Positions 55,462 through 63,806 of a stretch of DNA of 64,000 nucleotides are shown piece after piece. The notes below the pieces were generated by a model. That model was not told the DNA's origin. It saw nothing but the letters and a program-made list of their open reading frames with translations, and searched no databases. The position numbers and the translations under genes are program-made. Each line of letters begins with the position of its first letter. Position 1 is the first letter of the stretch. The stretch comes from an uncultured Sedimentitalea sp. (GTDB taxonomy: Bacteria; Pseudomonadota; Alphaproteobacteria; Rhodobacterales; Rhodobacteraceae): positions 61,904 through 125,903 of the forward strand of contig CANNGH010000007.1 of NCBI GenBank assembly GCA_947504115.1. The letters run 5' to 3'.

Positions 55462-55573
55462 GGAATATTCCTCACATGAAACATTTACAGCGATGCGAAT
55501 TGCTTTTGCCGGGGTGGTTATAGCCTCTCGCGCACTTATATGAAAATCGACAGGGCCAGGATAAAGAGACGAC

Positions 55574-56233
55574 ATGACAAAGATGGATAAACGCGACCTC
55601 AAGACGGGTCGCAAGGTGCTCACGCAGGATCCCCACAAGGTTGGCAGCAGCCGGGAAAAGGTTCTGGAAGTGGCGATCGGCAAGGAAGTGCGCGCCCATC
55701 GTCGGCAGCAGAAGATGACGGTGTTCGCGCTGGCCGAGGCCACGGGCCTGTCCATCGGCATGTTGTCCAAGATCGAGAACGGCAATACCTCGCCGTCGCT
55801 GACGACGCTTCAGGCGCTTTCGCATGCTTTGAGCGTTCCCCTGACGGCCTTTCTGCGCGGGTTCGAGGAATCCCGCGGCGCGATGCTGACCAAGGCCGGC
55901 GAAGGTGCCGAGACCGAACGGCGCGGCACACGGGCGGGCCATCAATACAACTTGCTGGGCCATATCGGATCGAACGCCAGCGGCGTGGTTGTCGAACCCT
56001 ATCTGATCACGCTGTCCGAGACATCCGATACGTTCCCCACATTCCAGCACGATGGGATCGAGACGATCTATATGCTGGAGGGCGAGGTCGGGTATCGCCA
56101 TGGGAACGACGTCTATATGCTGGAACCCGGCGATACGCTGTTCTTCGACGCCGATGCGCCGCACGGGCCGGAGCAGCTTATCAAGCTTCCGGCCCGCTAT
56201 CTCTCGATCATCGCCTACCCGCAGGCAAGCTGA
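55574..56233 (+). CDS. XRE-family HTH regulator with C-terminal cupin domain
   Basis: 219 aa. The HTH is IGKEVRAHRRQQKMTVFALAEATGLSIGMLSKIENGNTSPSLTTLQALSHAL. The cupin part is …YMLEGEVGYRHGNDVYMLEPGDTLFFDADAPHG…. Confidence 0.85.
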   Translation: MTKMDKRDLKTGRKVLTQDPHKVGSSREKVLEVAIGKEVRAHRRQQKMTVFALAEATGLSIGMLSKIENGNTSPSLTTLQALSHALSVPLTAFLRGFEESRGAMLTKAGEGAETERRGTRAGHQYNLLGHIGSNASGVVVEPYLITLSETSDTFPTFQHDGIETIYMLEGEVGYRHGNDVYMLEPGDTLFFDADAPHGPEQLIKLPARYLSIIAYPQAS

Positions 56234-56248
56234 ACTCCGCGCTGCAGG

Positions 56249-57316
56249 TTATACCTGCAACGGCGGCTCGGTGTCCTTGTCGGGCCAGATGCCGTCGGAC
56301 GTGGGCAGGCCATCGTCGAATTTCGACAGATAGTCGACGATCATCGCACGGTTGGCGGTGAACCCTTTGTATTCCGCGAGTTCCTCGGGCAGGTCGCGGA
56401 TCACGCGGTGCAGGCGGCGGCCCCATTTCGGCACGGTCACCAGATCCTCGAGCGCGATCAGGTAGCACCGGATCGGGAACACCAGCCCGTTCGAGCGCGG
56501 CAGGCGGAAGAAGGTCTGCAACTCGACCCGAAGATGCTGCTTGCGCCCGATGTTCTCGGGAGTCAGCGTCATCTTCTGAGGGCCCCATTTGTGGTAGTTC
56601 TCGGGGCTGGTATCGAGCCGTGGGTTGACCGTCATCGTCCAGTTCAGACGCCGTGCCGGCGCGCCTTGCTGAATGTTCATCAGGAATTTCAGCGCGCGCT
56701 TGAAGATCCCCATCTCGGCCGCCAGCGGCACCGGCGCGTGCCACTCGAAAAAGTTCATGCCGATGTCGAAATCCAGCGACCAATCCGCCTGGGTGGTGAC
56801 GATTCCGGCATCCATCCACAGGTTTTCGTCGCGCTGGTCCAGCACGGCGAAATCGCCCTGGGTCTGGCGGGTGATGTATTCCATCGGCCCGTAAGGCAGC
56901 GTCGCCTCGTCCATGAAGGTGAACTTCTGATCGATGCCCAGCGGCCTGTTGATCCAGTGCCACCGATCGCCATCACGGTGAAGTTCGAACAGATCGGGAT
57001 AATCCTCGGATTTCGACACCATGATCAGTTCGAGCAGATCCCAGCCCGCCAGCGTCATGTGCGGCAAGGACTGGCACCGCAGCGGATCCTCGGCCAGCAC
57101 CAGCGCGCGGTCGCGCATCTCGGATACGTAATGCTCGTCCACATCGAACCGCTTTTCAAAGATGCTGCCCGCGGGGCCGCCCTGATGCTGTTCCATGTTG
57201 ACGGAATACATATAGCTGTCTTCGTGGAACGGGAACGGGAACCGGTCGATGGCCCATTGCGAGTTCCTGAAGGTGTAGTCGTCGCGGAACGTCTCGTCGT
57301 TGAATTGGATGGTCAT
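56249..57316 (-). CDS. dmmC: dimethylamine monooxygenase subunit DmmC (DUF3445, heme-dependent oxidative N-demethylase family)
   Basis: 355 aa, with GGGAGGA upstream. It is the last gene of a D-A-B-C-ordered operon. Its size (~41 kDa), together with the 321-aa and 202-aa partners, fits the three-subunit DMA monooxygenase. Confidence 0.75.
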   Translation of the reverse strand: MTIQFNDETFRDDYTFRNSQWAIDRFPFPFHEDSYMYSVNMEQHQGGPAGSIFEKRFDVDEHYVSEMRDRALVLAEDPLRCQSLPHMTLAGWDLLELIMVSKSEDYPDLFELHRDGDRWHWINRPLGIDQKFTFMDEATLPYGPMEYITRQTQGDFAVLDQRDENLWMDAGIVTTQADWSLDFDIGMNFFEWHAPVPLAAEMGIFKRALKFLMNIQQGAPARRLNWTMTVNPRLDTSPENYHKWGPQKMTLTPENIGRKQHLRVELQTFFRLPRSNGLVFPIRCYLIALEDLVTVPKWGRRLHRVIRDLPEELAEYKGFTANRAMIVDYLSKFDDGLPTSDGIWPDKDTEPPLQV

Positions 57317-57327
57317 TTGGATCCTCC

Positions 57328-58293
57328 CTAGCGGTCCAAAACGAGGATCTTGCCCTCGAACCTGCTGACGCAGGGCATGATCTTCTTGCCGCTTTGCTTT
57401 TCGTCGTCCTCAAGCCAGTGATCGCGATGCAGGATCTCTCCGTCGTAATCGACCACGTTGGTCTCGCATTGGCCGCAGGCACCGCCCCGGCACAGATAGG
57501 GGGCATCGACGCCCGCCGCCTCGATCGCCTCCAGCAGGCTCTGGTGTTCGCCGACTTCGATGGTCTTGTTCGACGCAGCCAGTTCGACCTGGAACGGCTT
57601 GCCCGATTGCGGCGCCAGAAATTCCTCGAAATGCACCGCCTCGCGCGGCCAGCCAAGTTTTTCGGCCGTGTCGCGCACCCAGTTGATCATGCCGGCGGGG
57701 CCGCAGACATAGATATGCGTGCCAAGCGGCTGACCGTCGAGCAGGTTCTCAAGGTCGATCGCCTGCTTCATCTCGTCGAAATAGATGTGCACATCGTTGG
57801 GGTGCGCGCTGGTCAGATAGTCCACGTAAGACCCCAGCGCGCGGTTGCGGCAGGCATAATGCAGTTCGAAATGGCCATTCGCGTAGTCCAGCTGCCGGAT
57901 CTGCGACAGGAACGGCGTGATGCCGATGCCGCCGGCGATCATCAGATGCTTTTTGGCCCGCAGATCCAGCGCGAACAGGTTGACCGGATAGCTGATCGTC
58001 ATCCGGTCGCCGACCTTGACATTGCGGTGCATGAACAGCGATCCGCCCCGTCCCTCCTCATCGCGGCGCACCGAGATGGTATAGGCGGTGCGGTCGTTGG
58101 GATCGGACATCAGCGAATAGGGGTTCAGCCGCGACACCTCGCCGTCCTTCATCTCGACGACGGTATGCGCGCCACCCGAGAATGTCGGCAAAAGCTCGCC
58201 GTCGCTGCGCTCGAATTTGAACCGTGTCACCAGATCGTTGAGCGGCACGATGTCGGTGACGGTAACGTCGATCTTGTTGGTTCCTGCACTCAT
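57328..58293 (-). CDS. dmmB: dimethylamine monooxygenase subunit DmmB (phthalate-dioxygenase-reductase-like flavin/NAD/[2Fe-2S] oxidoreductase)
   Basis: ORF 57328..58470 trimmed to ATG 58293, overlapping dmmA as ATGA. It has a flavin-binding barrel, an NAD domain (MIAGGIGITP) and a C-terminal plant-type ferredoxin motif, CRGGACGQCET…PCVS. Confidence 0.8.
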   Translation of the reverse strand: MSAGTNKIDVTVTDIVPLNDLVTRFKFERSDGELLPTFSGGAHTVVEMKDGEVSRLNPYSLMSDPNDRTAYTISVRRDEEGRGGSLFMHRNVKVGDRMTISYPVNLFALDLRAKKHLMIAGGIGITPFLSQIRQLDYANGHFELHYACRNRALGSYVDYLTSAHPNDVHIYFDEMKQAIDLENLLDGQPLGTHIYVCGPAGMINWVRDTAEKLGWPREAVHFEEFLAPQSGKPFQVELAASNKTIEVGEHQSLLEAIEAAGVDAPYLCRGGACGQCETNVVDYDGEILHRDHWLEDDEKQSGKKIMPCVSRFEGKILVLDR

Positions 58294-58898
58294 GAATACA
58301 ACTCCACCGGTGGCGGGACATTGCCCGGGTCTTCGGCATCCACACAGACACCCTGAAACGCGGCGTGACGGCGCGAATAGTGATCGCGCACGAACAGGTT
58401 CAGGCCGCAATGCGAACAGACGAACGGGTCGGTCATCACGTTCTCGGTGATCCCCTTGCAATGCACGCACTGCATCCGCCGCGCGACAGATCCGCGATGT
58501 TCGGTCTGGATCGCCGTATGGGGAATGCCGGCATCCGTGGCCTCGCGCATCGCCTGCCCCATCAGGCTTTCGGTGCCGGTCAGGTAGACCTGCAACCCCA
58601 TATGCGCGCCCGCCAGCGTCCGCCGCAAGCGCGGGACCGCCGCCTCGTAGCTGGGTCCGATATAAAGCTGTGCGGGGGCAAGCTCTTCCAGCTTGCCGAT
58701 ATAAGTATCGCCCGTCTCGCCCGGAAAATACATGATGTGGGCCTTGGTCATCAGGCTGCCGTCCGCCTGTGCAAGCTTCAGCAGCGCCTCCGCGCCCTCG
58801 GCATCCGCAATCATCAGATGGGATTTGCCTGCCCGCGGCTCCAGCTTCCCCCAGACCGGCCTGCTGGTGATCGACGGCGGAAATTCGAACGTGCTCAT
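58290..58898 (-). CDS. dmmA: dimethylamine monooxygenase subunit DmmA (small subunit with a C-terminal CX2C-X13-CX2C cluster)
   Basis: 202 aa. Assigned from its position between the GcvT-like DmmD and the reductase DmmB. The Cys motif is CVHCKGITENVMTDPFVCSHC. Confidence 0.7.
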   Translation of the reverse strand: MSTFEFPPSITSRPVWGKLEPRAGKSHLMIADAEGAEALLKLAQADGSLMTKAHIMYFPGETGDTYIGKLEELAPAQLYIGPSYEAAVPRLRRTLAGAHMGLQVYLTGTESLMGQAMREATDAGIPHTAIQTEHRGSVARRMQCVHCKGITENVMTDPFVCSHCGLNLFVRDHYSRRHAAFQGVCVDAEDPGNVPPPVELYS

Positions 58899-58931
58899 GT
58901 TGAGTATTGTCTCCCCCTTGGTCTCCTCAAG

Positions 58932-58966
58932 AAAAAGGGCGCGACCGATGAACGTCCGCGCCCCCC
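58932..58966 (-). terminator. intrinsic-terminator-like hairpin inside the dmm operon (between dmmD and dmmA)
   Basis: The minus strand reads AAAGGGGGGCGCGGAC-gttcatcg-GTCGCGCCC-TTTTTC. The dmmA SD (GAGGAGA) comes immediately afterwards. Confidence 0.45.
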
Positions 58967-58974
58967 TTTAATTC

Positions 58975-60111
58975 TCAGCCTTTGACGGTCCGGCGCTTCT
59001 TGTCCGGGTCCCAGAACGGCAGCGAATGCGTGACGCATTTGATCTCGCCGCTTTCGTTCTTGACCGTCATCTCGACGCCGTCCTTGGCGCAATCGACCGG
59101 CATGCGCGCGATGCCGACGTTCCATTCGTTCAGCGGCGAATACATGCCGACCGTCACATTGCCGACCTGCTTGCCATCCTTCATCAACGGCGCGCCCGCA
59201 TCGGCGGGCGTCGTGCCTTCCAGCTTCACGCCGTAGATCTTGAAGCGCTCCTTGCCCTTCAGGCGATAATGTTCGGAGGCCCCGCGGAAGCCCGTCTTGC
59301 CCGGCGAAACGGTGAAATCCAGCCCGAGTTCCCAGAGCGTATCGCCGCCCTTTTCGTTCTCGAAGGGATAGGTTTCCGAGTTGTCGTCGGGATAGAACAG
59401 CAGGTAGCTTTCCGCGCGCAGCATGTCGAGCGTGGTGAAGCGCGACGGAATGATGCCCTTGGGCGCGCCCTTTTCCACCAGCGAATCCCAGATATGCGTG
59501 GCGTCCTGCCCGCGGCAGAAGATCTCGTAACCGCGCTCGCCGGTATAGCCGGTGCGCGAGATCATCACGGGCTTGTCGAACAGGGTCGTCTGCATGTGGC
59601 TGAAATAAGCCATGTCGCGGATGCCCGGCACGCCCAGTTCGTCAAGGAACTCGGCCGATTTCGGACCCTGCAGCGAGATGTCGTGCAGGTTGTCGTCGAA
59701 CCGCACATCCACGTCGCGCCCCATGGCCGCCATGGTCAGTTGTTCGTGGCCGTCACCGTCGCCATGCACCACCATCCAGCTGTTCGGCGCCAGGCGATAG
59801 ATCACGCAATCGTCGATGAACTTGCCCTCGTCGTTCAGCATCGTGGCATAGGTCGACCGGCCCGGCTTGATCTTCTCGACGTTACGGGTGGTGGCCTTGT
59901 CGATCACATGCGCGGCATGGGGGCCGGTCACATGCACCTTGTGCAGACCCGACACGTCCATGAAGGCCGCATTGGTGCGAATCGCCATGTATTCCTCGTT
60001 CTGATCCTTGTCATAGGACCAGGCGGTGCCCATGCCGCACCACCCCTCCAGATCGGAACCCAAGGCGCGATGCCGGTCGGCCAGTGCCGAAAACCGCCAG
60101 ATTGAAGTCAT
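58975..60111 (-). CDS. dmmD: dimethylamine monooxygenase accessory subunit DmmD (GcvT-family, tetrahydrofolate-binding aminomethyltransferase fold)
   Basis: ORF 58975..60351 trimmed to ATG 60111, with GAGGAGGA upstream (MTSIWRFSALADRHRALGSDLEGW…SRTGYTGERGYEIF…). Confidence 0.8.
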   Translation of the reverse strand: MTSIWRFSALADRHRALGSDLEGWCGMGTAWSYDKDQNEEYMAIRTNAAFMDVSGLHKVHVTGPHAAHVIDKATTRNVEKIKPGRSTYATMLNDEGKFIDDCVIYRLAPNSWMVVHGDGDGHEQLTMAAMGRDVDVRFDDNLHDISLQGPKSAEFLDELGVPGIRDMAYFSHMQTTLFDKPVMISRTGYTGERGYEIFCRGQDATHIWDSLVEKGAPKGIIPSRFTTLDMLRAESYLLFYPDDNSETYPFENEKGGDTLWELGLDFTVSPGKTGFRGASEHYRLKGKERFKIYGVKLEGTTPADAGAPLMKDGKQVGNVTVGMYSPLNEWNVGIARMPVDCAKDGVEMTVKNESGEIKCVTHSLPFWDPDKKRRTVKG

Positions 60112-60470
60112 GTCGTCCTCCTCATTCAATTCTTCAGACCCGTCGCTTTTGTCCGGGTGATTTGCTCGTCCTTGCCGCCGACCAGAGCCTGCCCGCCGGA
60201 TCGAAACCTGAACCATGGTGCACGATTTTTCCGCACAGTCTGCGAAGAATTTTTGCAGGCTCTGGCCGCAAATTTCTGCGGCATGCCATCGTACACCCGG
60301 GAAGCCACTGCCATGAAACGCGATACTTGGCGAAAAAAACTTTCCTGCCAAGCAAGTTTTGGTAGCTTTCGTGCGAAAAGTGGTGGATCAACGACACAAA
60401 AACAACAAGCGCCCGAAAACGGGGCGACCGCGTCCGCGGTCAAAAACCAATCAACAAGGAGTTTGAAAAC

Positions 60471-62063
60471 ATGGTTTCATCAAGCGAATACGTGGCGCCA
60501 GCCGATACCGGCCTGCGCCGCAGCATCGGCTGGAAGGATGCCTTCTGGATGGCGTCGGGAGTTCCCGCGCTCGTCCTTTTCTCCATCGGCGGAATCGCCG
60601 CCACCGTCGGCAATCCGTCCTGGGTCATCTGGATGCTGTCGGTGTCGTTCGGCTTTCTCGGGGCGTTCGTCTACGCCGAGATCGCCGGCCTGTTTCCCAG
60701 CAAATCCGGCGGCGCATCGGTCTATGGCGCGGCGGCATGGGTGCGGTATTCCAAGTTCATCGCGCCGCTGTCGGTCTGGTGCAACTGGCTGGCCTGGACG
60801 CCGGTTCTGGCGATCGGCGGCGGGCTGGCGGCGGGCTATGTCCTGACCTCGCTGTTCGGCGTCGATGCGGCGGTCAACGCGTGGGAAATCACGCTGGTGC
60901 ATCTCGATTTCCTGAACGAGGGCCTGACCCTGCGGATCAACGCGACCTCGATCGTCGGCACGGGTATCCTGCTGCTGGTGTTCATGGCGCAGCACCAGGG
61001 CATTTCGGCGGCGGCCAAGATCCAGACGATCATCGGCCTCGCGGTTCTGATTCCGCTGCTGATCGTCGGGGTGGTCCCGCTTTTGACGGGCGATGTCCTG
61101 ACCAGCAACCTGGTGCCGGTGGTGCCGATGACGGGCTCCTGGAACATCGAGGGAACCACCCTGTTCCTCGGCGGCCTGTTCATCGCCGCCTGGTCTGCCT
61201 ATGCCTTTGAAACCGCGATCTGTTACACCAGCGAGTTCCGCGATCCCCAGCGCGACACGGTGCGCGCGATCATCGCGGCCGGCGTCGTGTGCGTGGTGAT
61301 CTACACGCTGGTGCCGCTCAGCTTTCAGGGGGTCCTGGGTGTCGAGGGCATGCTTCGGCCCGGCATCGTCGATGGCTCGGCGGTTGCGGGCGTAATGGCC
61401 GGCATGGTCGGCGGCGGATCGATCATCGCCAAGATCATGGTCGTGATGCTGTTCCTGGCGCTGGTTCTCGCGATCATGACGTCGATGGCGGGTTCGTCGC
61501 GCACGCTGTTCCAGGGCTCGGTCGATGGCTGGCTGCCCCGGTTCCTGTCGCACACGAATCACCACGGTGCGCCGACCCGGGCGATGTGGACTGACCTGGT
61601 GTTCAACCTGGTCCTGCTGATGATGTCCGACTATCTGTTCGTTCTGGCGGTGTCGAACTGCTGCTATCTGGTGTTCAACTTCCTCAACCTGCATTCCGGC
61701 TGGCTGCATCGCATCGACAATGCGAATGCAAATCGCCCGTGGAAGGCGCCGACGATCATGCTGTGGATCGGCGGCGGCCTGTCCTTCGTGAACGCCACCC
61801 TTCTGGGCGCGGGCGCGAATGTCTGGGGCGAAGGCACGCTGCGTTCGGCAATCATCGCCATCGCGTTGATTCTGCCGGTCTTTGCCTGGCGCCACTACGT
61901 GACCGACAAGGGCCAGTTCCCCGAGAACATGCTCGAGGATCTGAAAGTCGGGGGCCATCCGGACATCTCGGTGCGCAAGGCGGGCATGCTGCCCTACCTG
62001 ACGCTGGCCGCCGGTGTCGTCGTGGTCATCATTGCCAATCAGGTCTTCCAACTGCCCGGATGA
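60471..62063 (+). CDS. APC-superfamily amino acid/amine permease
   Basis: 530 aa with about 12 TM segments and AAGGAG upstream of the ATG. The APC-like N-terminus is (…GWKDAFWMASGVPALVLFSIGGIAATVG…YAEIAGLFPSKSGGASVY…). The substrate is unknown. Confidence 0.8.
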   Translation: MVSSSEYVAPADTGLRRSIGWKDAFWMASGVPALVLFSIGGIAATVGNPSWVIWMLSVSFGFLGAFVYAEIAGLFPSKSGGASVYGAAAWVRYSKFIAPLSVWCNWLAWTPVLAIGGGLAAGYVLTSLFGVDAAVNAWEITLVHLDFLNEGLTLRINATSIVGTGILLLVFMAQHQGISAAAKIQTIIGLAVLIPLLIVGVVPLLTGDVLTSNLVPVVPMTGSWNIEGTTLFLGGLFIAAWSAYAFETAICYTSEFRDPQRDTVRAIIAAGVVCVVIYTLVPLSFQGVLGVEGMLRPGIVDGSAVAGVMAGMVGGGSIIAKIMVVMLFLALVLAIMTSMAGSSRTLFQGSVDGWLPRFLSHTNHHGAPTRAMWTDLVFNLVLLMMSDYLFVLAVSNCCYLVFNFLNLHSGWLHRIDNANANRPWKAPTIMLWIGGGLSFVNATLLGAGANVWGEGTLRSAIIAIALILPVFAWRHYVTDKGQFPENMLEDLKVGGHPDISVRKAGMLPYLTLAAGVVVVIIANQVFQLPG

Positions 62064-62070
62064 CCGTGCC

Positions 62071-62100
62071 CCGTGCGCGCTGCCCTGTCGGCGCGCACGG
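62071..62100 (+). terminator. GC-rich hairpin after the permease gene (terminator candidate, no U-tract)
   Basis: Perfect 10-bp stem CCGTGCGCGC/GCGCGCACGG with a 10-nt loop, lying 8 nt after the stop codon. Confidence 0.4.
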
Positions 62101-62213
62101 GATGCAACGGGATACCTTTCGACCCTCTGATGAAAAAAATATTCTTGTCAGTTGAATTAAAAATCCGGAATTGCTAGCTTGCGAATCGACAGTTCTCAGA
62201 AAGGATCTATGCG

Positions 62214-63110
62214 ATGTGTGGGATCGTTGGACTATTCCTAAAAGATAAATCGCTCGAACCGCGGTTGGGCGAGATGTTGACCGAAATGCTGGTCACCATG
62301 ACAGACCGCGGACCCGACAGTGCGGGTATCGCCATCTATCGCAACGGCGATGACAGCCAGGCGAAGATGGTCGTTCAGTCCGATAATGCGGACAGCGATT
62401 TCGAAAAGATCGGCGACGATCTTAGCGAGGCGCTCGGCACCTCGGTCAAGGCCGAGCGTAACGATACGCACGCTGTGCTGTACATGCCGAAGGACAAGCT
62501 CGCCGAGGCGCGCGAAGCCCTGCGCGAAATCCGTCCCGACGTGCGCGTCATGAGCGCCGGCGAAACGATGGAAATCTACAAGGAAGTCGGCCTGCCCAAG
62601 GACGTGGCGGCCCGTTTCGAAGTGGAAAAGATGGGCGGCTCGCACGGCATCGGGCACACCCGCATGGCCACCGAATCGGCCGTGACGACCATGGGCGCGC
62701 ACCCGTTCTCGACCGGCATGGACCAGTGCCTGGTGCATAACGGCTCGCTGTCCAATCACAACCGGCTGCGCCGCCAGCTGCGCCGCGAAGGCATCAACAT
62801 CGAAAGCGAGAACGACACCGAAGTCGGTGCGGCCTACGTGACCTGGAAGATGCAGACCGGCAGCACGCTGGGCGAGGCCCTGGAAAGCACGATCGACGAT
62901 ATCGATGGTTTCTTCAACTTCGTCGTGGGCACCAAGGACGGCTTTGGCGTCGTGCGCGACCCGATCGCGTGCAAGCCCGCCGTGATGGCCGAAACCGACC
63001 AGTATGTCGCGTTCGCCAGCGAGTATCGTGCCTTCGTCGATCTTCCCGGCATCGAAGACGCCCGCGTCTGGGAGCCGGAGCCCGCAACCGTTTATTTCTG
63101 GAATCACTGA
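62214..63110 (+). CDS. mgsA: N-methylglutamate synthase subunit A (class-II Ntn glutamine-amidotransferase-like, GltB N-domain type)
   Basis: 298 aa. It begins MCGIVGLF…, with the catalytic Cys directly after Met. It is followed by GXGXG-domain and FMN-domain genes, which is the mgsABC arrangement. Confidence 0.85.
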   Translation: MCGIVGLFLKDKSLEPRLGEMLTEMLVTMTDRGPDSAGIAIYRNGDDSQAKMVVQSDNADSDFEKIGDDLSEALGTSVKAERNDTHAVLYMPKDKLAEAREALREIRPDVRVMSAGETMEIYKEVGLPKDVAARFEVEKMGGSHGIGHTRMATESAVTTMGAHPFSTGMDQCLVHNGSLSNHNRLRRQLRREGINIESENDTEVGAAYVTWKMQTGSTLGEALESTIDDIDGFFNFVVGTKDGFGVVRDPIACKPAVMAETDQYVAFASEYRAFVDLPGIEDARVWEPEPATVYFWNH

Positions 63111-63111
63111 C

Positions 63112-63795
63112 ATGCAAACAATCGACCTTGAAACCCAAAGCCTTCGCGAGCTGAACCAGACCTTGCATGACCAGATCGGTCAAACCAACCAGACCGCCTG
63201 GGAAATCAACAACCCGCGGGGCAGCCATGCCATCGCCGTCGGCCTCGACGCGCCGATGGATGTCACCATAAACGGCAATGCCGGCTACTTCTGCGCGAGC
63301 ATGAACAAGCAGGCCAACGTCCACGTCAAGGGCTCGGCCGGTCCGGGCCTTGGCGAGAACATGATCTCGGGCACCATCACCGTTGACGGCGACGCCAGCC
63401 AGAACGCCGGTGCGACCGCACATGGCGGACTGATAAACATCAAGGGCAATGCCAGCGCACGCTGCGGCATCTCGATGAAAGGCGTCGACATCGTCGTGCA
63501 CGGCAATATCGGGCACATGTCGGCCTTCATGGGACAGTCGGGCAACCTGGTGGTGCTGGGCGATGCCGGCGACGCCCTGGGCGACAGCTGCTACGAGGCA
63601 CGGTTCTTCGTGCGCGGCGAGGTGAAGAGCCTTGGTGCGGACTGCGAGAAAAAGGAGATGCGCCCCGAACATATCGAATTCCTCAAGGACATCCTGGAAC
63701 GCACAGGTGCCGATGCGAAACCCGAGGAATTCACCCGCTACGGTTCGGCGCGCAAACTTTATAACTTCGACGTCGATAACGCGTCGGCTTACTAA
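63112..63795 (+). CDS. mgsB: N-methylglutamate synthase subunit B (GXGXG-motif, GltB C-terminal beta-helix domain type)
   Basis: ORF 63004..63795 trimmed to ATG 63112 (MQTIDLETQSLRELNQTLH…). It shows repeated G-rich beta-helix turns: GNAGYF…GSAGPGLGENM…GDASQNAG…GNASARCG…GNIGHMSAFMG…GDAGDALG. Confidence 0.85.
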   Translation: MQTIDLETQSLRELNQTLHDQIGQTNQTAWEINNPRGSHAIAVGLDAPMDVTINGNAGYFCASMNKQANVHVKGSAGPGLGENMISGTITVDGDASQNAGATAHGGLINIKGNASARCGISMKGVDIVVHGNIGHMSAFMGQSGNLVVLGDAGDALGDSCYEARFFVRGEVKSLGADCEKKEMRPEHIEFLKDILERTGADAKPEEFTRYGSARKLYNFDVDNASAY

Positions 63796-63806
63796 GGATC
63801 ATCGCC

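Noticed and set aside
60263-60282. TGGCCGCAAATTTCTGC as a sigma-54 (-24 GG / -12 GC) promoter in the dmmD/permease divergent region
   Set aside because: The GG-to-GC spacing is two nucleotides longer than the TGGCAC-N5-TTGC consensus. The sequence is better described as a simple GCCGCA/TGCGGC palindrome.
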